Source of the DNA: an uncultured Bacteroidaceae bacterium
Lineage (GTDB): Bacteria; Bacteroidota; Bacteroidia; Bacteroidales; GCA-2748055
Direction: 5' to 3'
Length of the DNA: 64,000 nucleotides
Assembly: GCA_964526475.1 (NCBI GenBank)
Contig: CAZGKF010000002.1
Location: forward strand, 66,562 to 130,561
Shown here piece by piece: positions 31,221 to 45,331 of this stretch (the stretch's first letter is position 1; every line of letters begins with the position of its first letter). The translations under genes and the position numbers were made by a program. The notes beneath the pieces were generated by a model. It was not told where the DNA came from. It saw nothing but the letters and a program-made list of their open reading frames with translations, and made no database searches.

Positions 31221-32834
31221 TTATAATTTCTGTTGAGACGCAATCCATTTCTCCGTTTCGTTTAAATACCATTGTATTATTATGGAATTGTAAGAGTTTC
31301 CGTATGTTTTTATTTTTCTCCCTTTATTAAATGCATCCTTTATCAGGTAATCAGTAATTTCATTGTAATATATTCTATCATTTCTGCGGATAAATAATCT
31401 TTTTATGCTCTCCGGCAGGTAATACTTAATTTTATCCCTATTCTTCCTTCGCTGTATCATTCTTTCATCTGCTTCAAGTTCATAGTCAAAATTAAGTTTA
31501 TAAGGATCAAAATAATGACTGATGAGAACATCATTGTAAAGGTACTTGTTGATGCGCGCCTCTAAAGGCAGGTCCCTGAAAAACTCTATCAAATCAGTAT
31601 CCCAGAATGGAAAACGGAATTCATACCCAAAGAAGGTGTATGTATTTGCTGAATTAAAGTTAAATTTAGCCAGTTTCTCCTTGAAATCCCAATCTTCATG
31701 AATAGAATATGCCAGGCTGTTATCATCTGTATATTTCTCCTGCAGAGACTTTTCAATTCTCTGAATAATTTTCTCCTTTAATGATCCGTGAGGTCTTTTA
31801 TAAATATACTTGGTGAAGAAAATTCTGTTGGCTAATTCCCTGTAACTTTCTTCACTAAAAACATTCCCGTGTTTATTAAGCTGACTACCCCCGAGAAAAT
31901 CACCTGAATGTCCCAGAGCAACTACTGTATCATCAGGTATTAAAGCTTTTTCCTTTATATGCCGGGCCGCAAAATAATCCTGCAAAAAAAACATGGAGGT
32001 AAGATTGGAAGAATATCTGTAAAATTCCACAAAATCATTATCCGGAAATCCACGGATCATATTTTCATCATAAATAATTTTCAACAATCTGAAATCAAGT
32101 TTTTCAGCCACCTTTGTTGCCAGTAACATGTCAGGATTGTTTTCCCTTCCATAGGTCATACATATAACATTATGGTAATTATATTTTTTAAGCATGACAG
32201 CAATTAATCTGCTGTCATACCCTCCGCTGAGGCTGACGAGAACCGTACGTCCATTCAAAGATGAAATGAATTTCTCAAATGCATTATCAAAAAGCTTTAT
32301 ACTTTTTTCTCTCCTCTCGTTGTAATCATATTCGAGAACCCCAGGTGTATGAAAGCTAAAATAGAATTTTTGCCTGATATCCCTATTGCCTAAATTTAGT
32401 ATCTCACCTGCCTGAACCTGTCTGATTCCTTTTATAAGTGTTTCATTACCTGTTACGTATCCTGTTGCAAGAAATTCTTTGCAGGCTGAAGGATTCAGTT
32501 GCGGAACTGACTGCAGACCTGCAAGGTGATATGCATCATCGGAAATGATCCAATGTTTCCCTTCTCTTAAATAGAAAAGAGGAAAAGACCTGATGGTGTC
32601 GGCAGCGATATAGCAATTGTTATCATCTGTATCAACAATAACTGAAAATACACCGGAAGCATATTTCACCCTCTCCTCCAGGTCGATATAGTTATGGATA
32701 TCCTTAAAATACTCAAGCAGTTTTTTATCGCTGTAATATCTGTCAGCTTTGTCAGTTAAATACCCCTTTACGTAAATACCTGCGGTTTGATACCAACGGA
32801 AACCCTTGTTAAATTTAAGTTCTATTGTGTTCAT
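31221..32834 (-). CDS. Asparagine synthase B-family amidotransferase-like protein (PP-loop), polysaccharide-cluster type
   Basis: 537 aa with PP-loop SLSGGYDSRL. The N-terminus MNTIELKF lacks the Cys2 glutaminase nucleophile. Confidence 0.65.
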   Translation of the reverse strand: MNTIELKFNKGFRWYQTAGIYVKGYLTDKADRYYSDKKLLEYFKDIHNYIDLEERVKYASGVFSVIVDTDDNNCYIAADTIRSFPLFYLREGKHWIISDDAYHLAGLQSVPQLNPSACKEFLATGYVTGNETLIKGIRQVQAGEILNLGNRDIRQKFYFSFHTPGVLEYDYNERREKSIKLFDNAFEKFISSLNGRTVLVSLSGGYDSRLIAVMLKKYNYHNVICMTYGRENNPDMLLATKVAEKLDFRLLKIIYDENMIRGFPDNDFVEFYRYSSNLTSMFFLQDYFAARHIKEKALIPDDTVVALGHSGDFLGGSQLNKHGNVFSEESYRELANRIFFTKYIYKRPHGSLKEKIIQRIEKSLQEKYTDDNSLAYSIHEDWDFKEKLAKFNFNSANTYTFFGYEFRFPFWDTDLIEFFRDLPLEARINKYLYNDVLISHYFDPYKLNFDYELEADERMIQRRKNRDKIKYYLPESIKRLFIRRNDRIYYNEITDYLIKDAFNKGRKIKTYGNSYNSIIIQWYLNETEKWIASQQKL

Positions 32835-34038
32835 AAATAGTCTCCTTTATCAGTTTATGCCATTGAGAAGATACTGCTTTATAACTGAAATGATTCATAG
32901 TATGATCACGGATCTTTTTCTGGTTGTAATCTCCATAATTCAGATACATCTTTTCCATAGCTTCCGAAAGTCCTTCCGCATCGCGCACCGGAACAAGAAG
33001 TCCGGATTCGGAGTTAACAATTGACTGTGGTCCTCCGGATTTCGTTGCAATTACAGGCAGGCCAACAGCCATGGCCTCAATGAGGACAACTCCAAATGCT
33101 TCAATAATACTGGGAAGAATGAAAACATGTGATTGTTGCATAGCCTCTTTAACGCCTTTTTTAGTCAGAAACCCCGGAAATCTTACTTTACCCTTCAGTC
33201 CCAGTTCCACCGAGTACTTTTTCAGGTTTTTTTCAAGACTTCCGGCGCCTGCAATATGAAGTTCGAAATTCCCCTGTACCCGTTTTAAAAATTCATGAAA
33301 GGCTTCGAGAAGATATCTTAGTCCTTTAACCTCTTCCAGTAATGCAACTGAAATGAAAATGAATGGGCTGGTGTCTCTTTTCTCTGAAGGGGTGAAGAAA
33401 TCTGTATTAACAAGATCCGGTATAACTGAAATCGTGTTTTTTACTTCAGGTTCTATTTTCTCAATGCCTGCGCATAGAGAATCACTTACCACTACAATTC
33501 TTTCTGCCCCGGCAAATATCTTTTTTAATTCACACATATGCCAATCTCTGAAAAAACCCCTGGCCAGCCTGTCGGCAGTTGCGAATCTGCTTCTGTGTTC
33601 ATACAGTATGAAAGGAATGCTGAAAGTATGTGATACTCTTATAGCAACAGCCCCACCCCAGACAGCACTATGAGCGATAATTACATCCGGCTGTCCGTAA
33701 TCTTTAAAATATATCCTAATTTGTCTGATATAAGACTTTATCCATAACCTTATACTCATCTTTTCCAATAAAGGCAGTTTTATGAAACCTTCCCGTTGCA
33801 CAAGCACCCCGTTTTCATTTTCTGTTCTTCTTTTATATGTATTTATAATGTTAACCAATGAGTTTCCGGATAAGCCAATGATCCTTTTTACTATAACATG
33901 AACTTCATATTCCTCATTACACAATGCCTCAGCATGATCCCGAAAGAATTCCCCTCCATCGGGAGGATACCATGAAGGAATTATTAAAATCCTTATTTTT
34001 CTATTTTTCTTTTTCATCATTGATCCTGTTGTATTCAA
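32815..34038 (-). CDS. Glycosyltransferase family 4 (GT-B, GT1-type domain)
   Basis: 407 aa. The C-terminal block PSIIEAFGVVLIEAMAVGLPVIATKSGG is typical of GT4. The start may be an internal Met at 34020 or 34017. Confidence 0.75.
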   Translation of the reverse strand: MNTTGSMMKKKNRKIRILIIPSWYPPDGGEFFRDHAEALCNEEYEVHVIVKRIIGLSGNSLVNIINTYKRRTENENGVLVQREGFIKLPLLEKMSIRLWIKSYIRQIRIYFKDYGQPDVIIAHSAVWGGAVAIRVSHTFSIPFILYEHRSRFATADRLARGFFRDWHMCELKKIFAGAERIVVVSDSLCAGIEKIEPEVKNTISVIPDLVNTDFFTPSEKRDTSPFIFISVALLEEVKGLRYLLEAFHEFLKRVQGNFELHIAGAGSLEKNLKKYSVELGLKGKVRFPGFLTKKGVKEAMQQSHVFILPSIIEAFGVVLIEAMAVGLPVIATKSGGPQSIVNSESGLLVPVRDAEGLSEAMEKMYLNYGDYNQKKIRDHTMNHFSYKAVSSQWHKLIKETIYEHNRT

Positions 34039-34828
34039 GCGCTACATTAAAATATGCCTTTGGAAATGTCCATTTTGTAAATTCAGATGACGGGATTTTT
34101 TGTCTTATAAAAACAACAGATCTTGTGTGAGCAATGTAGTAAATGTATGTGTGCAACTCTCCCGGCAGGCCATCAAGGATACCCGCCAGTACTTCAAATC
34201 TGATATCACCTGAAATATTTTTATAGTCATGCCATACTACAATTGAATTTTCATGAACAAGATGCTTAAAAACCTCTTCAGTATCGTTTCGGACAGCATC
34301 ATAATGGTGGTCACCATCTATAAAAATCAAATCGAATTTTAATCCGGGCGATTGAAAATCGAACTTCATCGAATCCCCTTTAAGGTGAATAATATTTTCT
34401 TTACTATTGGAAAAAAATCCATGTTGATCTATGTATTCTTTTGGTAATCCACGGATTTTCATTTCTTCATCCGACAGATTTAATGTATAACAGATATCTG
34501 CAACATCAGAAACATTAACTACACTCTCTCCTCTCCAGGTTCCGATCTCAAAATACTTACACCGCTCAAACTTTCTGGCCAGCAACTTCAGAAGTGCCAA
34601 ATCTGTAGGTAAAGAACCTCCCTCCAGAAAAGAGAATAATTCAAGTTTCTCCCCGAATGAATTGCCAGACAAATCATCGGGAAATATTGTCGGAAAACCA
34701 TTAATGGCTCTGTACTTCCGAAAAACATATTTTTCCCAGACTACCTGTTCATTTAGAATTTTATTCAGTAAAAAAGGATTTCTAATGATCCATCCTATTG
34801 CTTTAAATGCCTTGAATATCCTGTTCAT
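34001..34828 (-). CDS. Class I SAM-dependent methyltransferase-like protein
   Basis: 275 aa with FEIGTWRGES and DLIFIDGDHHYDAV blocks, as in Methyltransf_24/O-MT family 3. Confidence 0.5.
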   Translation of the reverse strand: MNRIFKAFKAIGWIIRNPFLLNKILNEQVVWEKYVFRKYRAINGFPTIFPDDLSGNSFGEKLELFSFLEGGSLPTDLALLKLLARKFERCKYFEIGTWRGESVVNVSDVADICYTLNLSDEEMKIRGLPKEYIDQHGFFSNSKENIIHLKGDSMKFDFQSPGLKFDLIFIDGDHHYDAVRNDTEEVFKHLVHENSIVVWHDYKNISGDIRFEVLAGILDGLPGELHTYIYYIAHTRSVVFIRQKIPSSEFTKWTFPKAYFNVALEYNRINDEKEK

Positions 34829-36149
34829 TCATAAAAAATATTTCCGGTTTGACTGATCCGGCCAGATGAGTTTGTTTGTCGGCAAGAACCGAAAGTCTCA
34901 AATACCAGAAAAAAGTATATAAAGTAACTAAGGTACTGGTAAAACTGAAACAAATCAATAATATATATATATCTGACAGGTATATACCAATGGCTATTGA
35001 AAGTATCCGGGTAAATAACTTCACAATGTCAATCCACATTGCCTTTTTTTGCATTCCTAACATATCGGGAAGGAAAGATAATGGGGAAGATAAATAGCTT
35101 ATGAATATCCAGGGCATTAGAATCTGCATATAGCGGCCTGCTTCTGTCCATTCCCTGCCAAAAACAAATCCGAACACCCAGGGTAAGGACAAAATGACTG
35201 AAAATAAGAATGGGAACAATCCCAGATACAATATTTTTCTTAAAAAACTTCTTACGACGGCCCTAATGTCTTTTCCTTCATTAAATCTGCTGACTGTCTG
35301 TTGGGATATTACTTGCGTCAAAGAATTCGTTATAAGATTAACCGGCCGGAACACCATAAGAAATGCCAGGGAATACAATCCTGTCTCAATAGTTGAATAC
35401 CATGCACTTATAGCAAATACCGGCAAGCTGGAGGATAAATTATTAACTAAATAGTGTGGCATGCTGAACTTTGGAAATAGTCTGAACTCACTTATGCATC
35501 GTATAATTTCTTTACCAGAAATTAAAGTGAGCAATTTCCGGTCTTTCCTGTAGATATCTGTAATATAAATCATTGCTCCCACAAACTGTCCAACAACAGA
35601 ACCTGCTATAAGGCCACCGGCATTTGGCAGTACCTCTGAAGCAGTTATTTTAATACCTGAGTTTGCTACAGATTGGGAAACATTAGCACCTGCTATTCTC
35701 CTGTAGCGTTTATTACGGTTTGACCAACAGGATAATGTCTGAAACACGGAGACCAAAAAAGTAGAAACAGGTACTAAATACAACCATGGCCATATATTCT
35801 CATTTCCAAGGATTATAGAAAATCTTCTGCCAAAAAGAATGACTAACAGAAGTAATAATATACTGAAGAATAAAGAAAGTAAAACTGACAACACTGTAAT
35901 ATGTATAGACTTCTTGTCGCTTTTAGGCATTAAAACCGCCAGATCATACTTTCCTGTGGATATTATTGCGGTAATTGCAACAATACTCATGTAAATACTA
36001 AATATCCCGTGTTCCTCCTTTTCATAAATCCTTGTAAGTACCGGATAAATAAGGAATGCTATAGCTTGAGCAACACTCGTTGCAGAAATGAGAGTGAAAA
36101 CATTTCTGTAAAATTCGTTGGTAAACAAATTCTTAATTTTGGCCAACAT
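34803..36149 (-). CDS. Oligosaccharide flippase (Wzx/MOP superfamily)
   Basis: 448 aa, about 12 TM, first gene of the overlapping polysaccharide operon. Confidence 0.65.
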   Translation of the reverse strand: MLAKIKNLFTNEFYRNVFTLISATSVAQAIAFLIYPVLTRIYEKEEHGIFSIYMSIVAITAIISTGKYDLAVLMPKSDKKSIHITVLSVLLSLFFSILLLLLVILFGRRFSIILGNENIWPWLYLVPVSTFLVSVFQTLSCWSNRNKRYRRIAGANVSQSVANSGIKITASEVLPNAGGLIAGSVVGQFVGAMIYITDIYRKDRKLLTLISGKEIIRCISEFRLFPKFSMPHYLVNNLSSSLPVFAISAWYSTIETGLYSLAFLMVFRPVNLITNSLTQVISQQTVSRFNEGKDIRAVVRSFLRKILYLGLFPFLFSVILSLPWVFGFVFGREWTEAGRYMQILMPWIFISYLSSPLSFLPDMLGMQKKAMWIDIVKLFTRILSIAIGIYLSDIYILLICFSFTSTLVTLYTFFWYLRLSVLADKQTHLAGSVKPEIFFMNEQDIQGI

Positions 36150-36346
36150 GATTTATTCTCTACCTGAGCAAAAACATTTAAACAAAATTAACATTAAATA
36201 TACCGTTTTATTCAAAATCGTAACATTTTCAAACTTAACCCCTGTCCCTTTTTAATAGTGACCTGTTAGCTATAATTTGGCATATCATTTGACTGCTTCA
36301 ATATTCGAATAAACTGATTTTAATAATTCATGAAAAACTGACAAAA

Positions 36347-37099
36347 ATGGCTATATCAAGATCATCAAATCCTGTTTTGAATAAAGGAACATTCAAAATT
36401 GCTGGTTATACTGGTACTGGGAGTTCGGTTATGACAATAAAAGGAACTGTAAATAAGATTTTCCTTATGACCTTACTGGTAGTTCTCGGTGCTGCCTACA
36501 CATGGAACCTGATGATTCAGGGAAACATGGGAGCTGTGGGAATTTATATGATTGGCGGAGGAATTGGAGGATTCATACTGGCACTCATCACAGTCTTTAA
36601 AAAAACCTGGTCCCCATTTACAGCTCCTGTTTATTCAGTGCTTCAGGGATTGTTGCTGGGAGGTATTTCTGCCCAGTTTAACCAGGCATACCCGGGTATT
36701 GTTTTGCAGGCTGTTACTCTCACATTCGGAACACTGTTTGCTTTACTTTTTGCATACAGATCAGGTTTGATAAAAGTAACTGAAAATTTCAAACTGGGAG
36801 TGGTTGCGGCAACAGGCGGGGTTTTTATAGCATATATGCTTTCATTTTTACTTGGACTTTTTGGAGTGAATATTGGATTCATGCACAGTAATGGGCCGGT
36901 TGGAATCATCATCAGCCTGGTAGTAATAGTCATCGCATCCCTTAATCTGGTGATGGATTTCGATTTTATAGAAAACGGGGCAGAAATGGGAGCACCAAAA
37001 TACATGGAATGGTATGCAGCATTTGGCCTAATGGTAACACTCATCTGGCTATATGTTGAATTCCTCCGGCTATTATCAAAAATCTCAAGCAGGAGATAA
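36347..37099 (+). CDS. Bax inhibitor-1/YccA-like membrane protein
   Basis: 250 aa with N-terminal SSNPVL and seven hydrophobic segments. Recognised by overall pattern. Confidence 0.55.
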   Translation: MAISRSSNPVLNKGTFKIAGYTGTGSSVMTIKGTVNKIFLMTLLVVLGAAYTWNLMIQGNMGAVGIYMIGGGIGGFILALITVFKKTWSPFTAPVYSVLQGLLLGGISAQFNQAYPGIVLQAVTLTFGTLFALLFAYRSGLIKVTENFKLGVVAATGGVFIAYMLSFLLGLFGVNIGFMHSNGPVGIIISLVVIVIASLNLVMDFDFIENGAEMGAPKYMEWYAAFGLMVTLIWLYVEFLRLLSKISSRR

Positions 37100-37375
37100 A
37101 TTCCCGATATAATGTTATAAAGCCTTTAATCTGCAGATCACTTGCTTCTTTAGTACCTCAAGTAGTTCACTAAAATTTTTTCAAATGAAGATGTCAATTA
37201 CCATATCATAAAGATATTTTATAGAAAAAGCCTATATTTACATTGATATCAATATATAAATGCTTTCGCAATATAATTTATTATTTTTTAACACTGTTGT
37301 CCGGCAAAATATCAGAACATTAAAAAAGATAATAACTTTAGCACATATTAATTTCTTAAAGAACAGAACGACTGA

Positions 37376-38611
37376 ATGACCATTTTGGAAGTAAAAAACA
37401 GGATTACAGAGAAAGAGTTTCTAAAAGTACCTAAAACTCTTTATAAAGATGACCAGGTCTGGGTTTGTCCTTTGGATGAGGATATAACAGATCTTTTCAA
37501 TCCTTCCAGAAATGCTCATCTTAGAAATGGAGATGCCTGTCGCTGGATTCTGAAAAGCAAAAAAGGTAAATTGATTGGGAGGATTTCTGCTTTTTACCAT
37601 GGACAAAAACCTTCTGCCGATAATATCAGAACTGCAGGTGTCGGCCACTTTGAATGTATCAATGATCAGGAGGCTGCTGACCTTCTTTTTAATACAGCAA
37701 AACAATGGCTTGAATCAAAAGGTTTTCAGGCAATGGATGGCCCTGTAAATTTTGGTGAGAATGACAGTAACTGGGGGCTTCTTGTTGATGGGTTCACTCA
37801 CCCTGCTTATGGTATGCCTTATAATCATCCATATTATAAAGACCTTTTTGAGAATTATGGGTTCAAATTATATTTCAGGCAATATAGTTATCACCTCGAT
37901 CTGGATAAAAAATTCCCTGAACGTTTCTGGAAAATTGCAGAATGGGTATGCCGAAAACCTGATTTCAAATTCGAGCATTTCTCATGGAAAGAGGCTGACA
38001 GATTTGCATCTGATTTGGTTTACATTTACAATCTTGCCTGGTCAAATTTCAAGGAAGACTTCACCCCTCTCCATCCTGCTGATGTAAAGGCCGGATTAAA
38101 AAAATCAAAACCTGTCCTTGACGAGGAATTAGTTTGGTTTGCGTACCATAAAGATGAACCAATTGGATTTTTTATTATGCTCCCTGACATAAATCAGATT
38201 CTCAGGAAACTAAATGGAAAACTTCATTCTTTCAACAAACTGCGTTTTTATTTTCTTAAAAAAAGAAAAACTATTAACAGAATTCGTGCCCAGGTAGCGG
38301 GAGTAATCCCAAAATACCAGAATTCAGGGATAGAATCAGGAATTTTCTGGAATCTTCGCCAAAAAATGGATCATAAGCCTCAATACAAAGAAATTGAATT
38401 ATCCTGGGTAGGCGATTTTAATCCAAAGATGATAGCACTTTATGAAGCTGTTGGAGGCGTAAGAGCTAAAACCCATCATACATACAGATATATGATCGAC
38501 CAGAGCATTCCTTTTGAGCGTTTTATGCCGGGAATGATTGATGTGCCCCTCTCACAGAAAAAAGCAAGGCAAATAAATAATATTGAGCAATCCGGTAATG
38601 AGGCTTTGTGA
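37376..38611 (+). CDS. Hypothetical protein, possibly a long GNAT-like acyltransferase
   Basis: 411 aa. The N-terminal EFLKVPKTLYKDDQVWVCPL resembles a family usually annotated as N-acetyltransferase. Weak assignment from memory only. Confidence 0.3.
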   Translation: MTILEVKNRITEKEFLKVPKTLYKDDQVWVCPLDEDITDLFNPSRNAHLRNGDACRWILKSKKGKLIGRISAFYHGQKPSADNIRTAGVGHFECINDQEAADLLFNTAKQWLESKGFQAMDGPVNFGENDSNWGLLVDGFTHPAYGMPYNHPYYKDLFENYGFKLYFRQYSYHLDLDKKFPERFWKIAEWVCRKPDFKFEHFSWKEADRFASDLVYIYNLAWSNFKEDFTPLHPADVKAGLKKSKPVLDEELVWFAYHKDEPIGFFIMLPDINQILRKLNGKLHSFNKLRFYFLKKRKTINRIRAQVAGVIPKYQNSGIESGIFWNLRQKMDHKPQYKEIELSWVGDFNPKMIALYEAVGGVRAKTHHTYRYMIDQSIPFERFMPGMIDVPLSQKKARQINNIEQSGNEAL

Positions 38612-38664
38612 AATTTAATTATTGAGGACAAAACAGCATCAGTATTTGGAAGTTTTGTTTTTTT

Positions 38665-39804
38665 ATGTTCTCCAAAATATTCAATATGTATATTAAGCTG
38701 ATAACTTTTTTTATTATTTCTCCGATCTTTTTGTTTACCGCCTGTAATCAAAAAACGAATCAACCTCCGGAGCGCACCATCTTATTCATTATCGACGGGA
38801 TGACTCCGGGTATTAATGACAGTATTCATATGCCCAACTTTTCATCCTTATTAAGTGAGGGTGTACTTTTCAGGGAAGTTTACTTACCTCTTGCCGCTCA
38901 TCCGGATTCCAGCACTGAATATCCCTGGACCAGTTCAATCCCCAATCCTGTACTTATGTCAGGTACTGTATTCATTGGTCAGGAAGGTATCAGGAAAAAC
39001 CTGCTTCAACATTCTTTTACCAATCGACCGACGGCCTTCCTTGTTAATGCGGGGGCATACTCTTCAATTAGCGATGACTATACAATCTATATGGAATTTC
39101 AGAATGTATTTAATGACGAACAAGTTATAAAATCAGCCCGGGAAGTTATTGTTAATAACAATCCGGAATTCATAAGAATTCACTGTCAGGGGCCCGGATC
39201 AGCCGGGTTCAGAAGTCAGAAAGAGCTTAACCAGCCATATACCCATAATATCTGGCATGAAACCTCCCCTTACCGCACTCAAAATACATATGTTGATTCC
39301 TTATTAGGTGATTTCATACAGTGGATGAAGGAAAAAGATATATTTGAGAACAGTGTCATAATTATTATCGGTGACCATGGACAATCAGACATGGGAGGGC
39401 ATCTCCCTGATGATCCTAGTGCAGCTGTAACACAGGCTCTTTTCATCGGAAAAGATATTAGAAAAGGAATCGCTTATGATTTTGCAGAGATAACAGATAT
39501 TGCTCCAACTATAACCTGGCTTCATCAATTGCCTCCTCCAAAATATAATATCGGAAGGGTGCTTAAGGAAATTAAATATGAAACTGATCAATCCGGAGAA
39601 CCGGAAAAACTGATCAAAGAACTCAATAATGTTCTGGTTGAGTATTTTTCTATACCGGATGAGCAAAAAACCAGTGACTTTTTATCTATTTTCGAAATCG
39701 GAAAATGGCACCTGTCTCCCTCCGGAACAGATTTAAGATCATTTGTTGAGCAGCAAAAAAGATCCCTCGAAACACTAAAGCAAAATCCGAACGCAACTCC
39801 TTAA
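38665..39804 (+). CDS. Alkaline-phosphatase-superfamily lipoprotein (nucleotide pyrophosphatase/phosphodiesterase-like)
   Basis: 379 aa with lipobox LFTAC. The metal-site blocks FIIDGMTPG and IIGDHGQSDMGGH are present. Confidence 0.5.
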   Translation: MFSKIFNMYIKLITFFIISPIFLFTACNQKTNQPPERTILFIIDGMTPGINDSIHMPNFSSLLSEGVLFREVYLPLAAHPDSSTEYPWTSSIPNPVLMSGTVFIGQEGIRKNLLQHSFTNRPTAFLVNAGAYSSISDDYTIYMEFQNVFNDEQVIKSAREVIVNNNPEFIRIHCQGPGSAGFRSQKELNQPYTHNIWHETSPYRTQNTYVDSLLGDFIQWMKEKDIFENSVIIIIGDHGQSDMGGHLPDDPSAAVTQALFIGKDIRKGIAYDFAEITDIAPTITWLHQLPPPKYNIGRVLKEIKYETDQSGEPEKLIKELNNVLVEYFSIPDEQKTSDFLSIFEIGKWHLSPSGTDLRSFVEQQKRSLETLKQNPNATP

Positions 39805-39810
39805 ATATAA

Positions 39811-43026
<3,216 letters not shown>

Positions 43027-43212
43027 ATTGAGATTACAGAAAAATTGTCATAGAAGGTAAAAACCAATAGCCCGTAGGGCTTTAGGTATTGTAGCAACAA
43101 TTATACATACGGCAATATACCTCGTAGAGGTTATAGGCGATCATCCCAGAAATCAAACAGAAATTGCTGGTCAAATTCTATCTCATTTTTAGTAAGAATG
43201 TCGCTATATTCT

Positions 43213-44844
43213 TTACTTAACTTTCAGCAGGTACACATTGTGTAATTCTTTTTCCCTGGTTTTGGGATTTAAGAATGCAGGTGAAAAAATGGACATCTTT
43301 TTATTATAAAACTTTTCCTCATAAACAATCCTGGAGGCTGCCAGACTGCGCAGATCTTCATATCCTTTCGGGGAAACAAAGAACCAGGTACCTTCCTGAG
43401 ATAAAATCTTTTCCAGATGATGCGTATCCGTAACTCTTTCAGAAATGGTTTTTGGGTAGAAGTAAGTTTCAAACTCCTTATAATTATATGTATACAGAAT
43501 ATCACTATCCGAAGCTAATTCATTAAAACGGTAGGAAGCATTTATAACTCCCTGGTATTTATAGGCTGATGGAAGAAAATGTGTGTTTATTGTGAAATTC
43601 AATGCAATTGCAGATAAGGCTAAGGGAAGTATCAGCTTATGTTTTCTGGTTTTATATAATGTGAATCCATAAATCAGCAATAATAACATAAATCCAACAG
43701 GAAACCATATAAAAATATCGGTAGTTGGGAATACCACAATAATAATTATTCCGGTTATTACCCAGAGTAAAATAATAACGAAAATCCTGAATCCCATCAT
43801 CCATTTATACACGCTATTCAAACCGGAAATATTTGAAACCTTATGAATAAAATCAGCTACTACAATTGAAAGGAAAGGGATAACAGGAAACAGGTAATGA
43901 GGTGCTTTTTGCCGGGATATGGATAAAATAAATGTATAGATTAATATCACCGAATAGGTAAAATATTCCGGACGTACCCTGTGGTTTTTATTTTTATGAA
44001 CCAGTTGCCTTATGTGGAAGTAGAAAGCTGTGAAAGCAAATAATGACCATGGCAGGAAAATATAAATCAGCGTGTGAAAATAAAAGAAATAATCCTTGCT
44101 TTTCCCCGCGACTTCACCGGTGATACGTCCAACATTATTTGTCAGAAAATAAAATCTGATGCCATCCCACCCGAATTGATCATAAATTCCTTTTAGTGTA
44201 GGAAAAATAATTATTATAAGTACAGGTAATCCAATTAACCATTCAGGGGGAAAAATATTCGGCCAATCACGTTTCATGATAAGATGACCTCCTATTGCAA
44301 ACGCTGGTATGGCAAGTCCGATGGGACCCTTGGTAATCATTGCAAGACCAATTCCAATAAACCCAGCGATTAAATGAAGTAACTTCTTATTATGCAGATA
44401 TTCTGCAACTTGCCAGGTACCGAAAATAATATTGGCTGTTAATAATGCATCCGTATGCAAATCATTTGTATACAGGAAAAGCATCTGAGAAGTAGCAAAT
44501 ATTATTGCTGAAAGTTTTCCTGCACTTACGCCATAATATAACTTCGCCAGGCGAAATGTTGAATAAACTCCCAGGACAGAAAATAATAAGGACGGAAGCT
44601 TAAATGCGAACATGGAAAGCCCGAATACTGAAAAAGAAAAAGCCGATAACCAGAACATAAGCAGAGGTTTCTGCAAATATGGTTCTCCATGAATCTTCAG
44701 ATGAATCAAATCACCGCTTTCATGCATATACCTGCTTACAGCAGCATATTTTGCAGCATCAATACTGACATCAGGGAAAAGCCCGGTAATGTACACTGCA
44801 ACACACAAAACGGACAGAATAATAATAAATACCTTCAATTTCAT
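43213..44844 (-). CDS. Glycosyltransferase family 39 (ArnT/PMT-like, lipid-linked sugar transferase)
   Basis: 543 aa, polytopic, with an N-terminal DAAKYAAVSR loop characteristic of ArnT-like GT-C enzymes. Confidence 0.65.
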   Translation of the reverse strand: MKLKVFIIILSVLCVAVYITGLFPDVSIDAAKYAAVSRYMHESGDLIHLKIHGEPYLQKPLLMFWLSAFSFSVFGLSMFAFKLPSLLFSVLGVYSTFRLAKLYYGVSAGKLSAIIFATSQMLFLYTNDLHTDALLTANIIFGTWQVAEYLHNKKLLHLIAGFIGIGLAMITKGPIGLAIPAFAIGGHLIMKRDWPNIFPPEWLIGLPVLIIIIFPTLKGIYDQFGWDGIRFYFLTNNVGRITGEVAGKSKDYFFYFHTLIYIFLPWSLFAFTAFYFHIRQLVHKNKNHRVRPEYFTYSVILIYTFILSISRQKAPHYLFPVIPFLSIVVADFIHKVSNISGLNSVYKWMMGFRIFVIILLWVITGIIIIVVFPTTDIFIWFPVGFMLLLLIYGFTLYKTRKHKLILPLALSAIALNFTINTHFLPSAYKYQGVINASYRFNELASDSDILYTYNYKEFETYFYPKTISERVTDTHHLEKILSQEGTWFFVSPKGYEDLRSLAASRIVYEEKFYNKKMSIFSPAFLNPKTREKELHNVYLLKVK

Positions 44845-45106
44845 AAAAAATTCTTATTCTATTCAACGAATTTAAAAAAAAGTTCACTAAGGAGTCAGAA
44901 ATACAGTTTATTTTTATTCACAAAGGTTTAATTATTTATACATATTATATTATTTACTGCTCAAGTCGGGATCATTCTCATAAACAATTTCACTCTTCAG
45001 GTTATTTTTCCGGCGCAATTTACCGAAAATATCTTTAGTATAATACTACCCAAATTTAGGACCACTGGTTAAGTTGAAATTTTAATATTAATTTTAACCA
45101 GTAGTT

Positions 45107-45331
45107 ATGACAAAATCAAGAAGAAAATTTAACAGTGCCTTTAAGGCCAAAGTAGCTATTGAGACGCTCAAGGAGCGGGAATCATTAGCTGAATTATCCA
45201 GGCGTTTTGAGGTTCATCCGAACATTATAAGCAAATGGAAGAAAGAATTTATTGAGAATTCTTCAGCTGCATTTGAAAGCAAGTGTCCCCAGGAAAAGGA
45301 GGTGGATACTGAGAAGCTGTATGCCAAGATT
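45107..45331 (+). mobile_element. Truncated IS3-family transposase OrfA (remnant with no orfB)
   Basis: MTKSRRKFNSAFKAKVAIETLKERESLAELSRRFEVHPNIISKWKKEF...DTEKLYAKI is a typical IS3 OrfA HTH/leucine-zipper N-terminus. Similarity stops at about codon 75, and the ORF then runs into unrelated AT-rich sequence. Confidence 0.7.

Noticed and set aside
31221-32834. AsnB-like protein without Cys2 as a lasso-peptide cyclase
   Set aside because: No precursor peptide, transglutaminase-like protease or RRE gene is nearby. The neighbours are GT4, methyltransferase and flippase genes, indicating polysaccharide biosynthesis.
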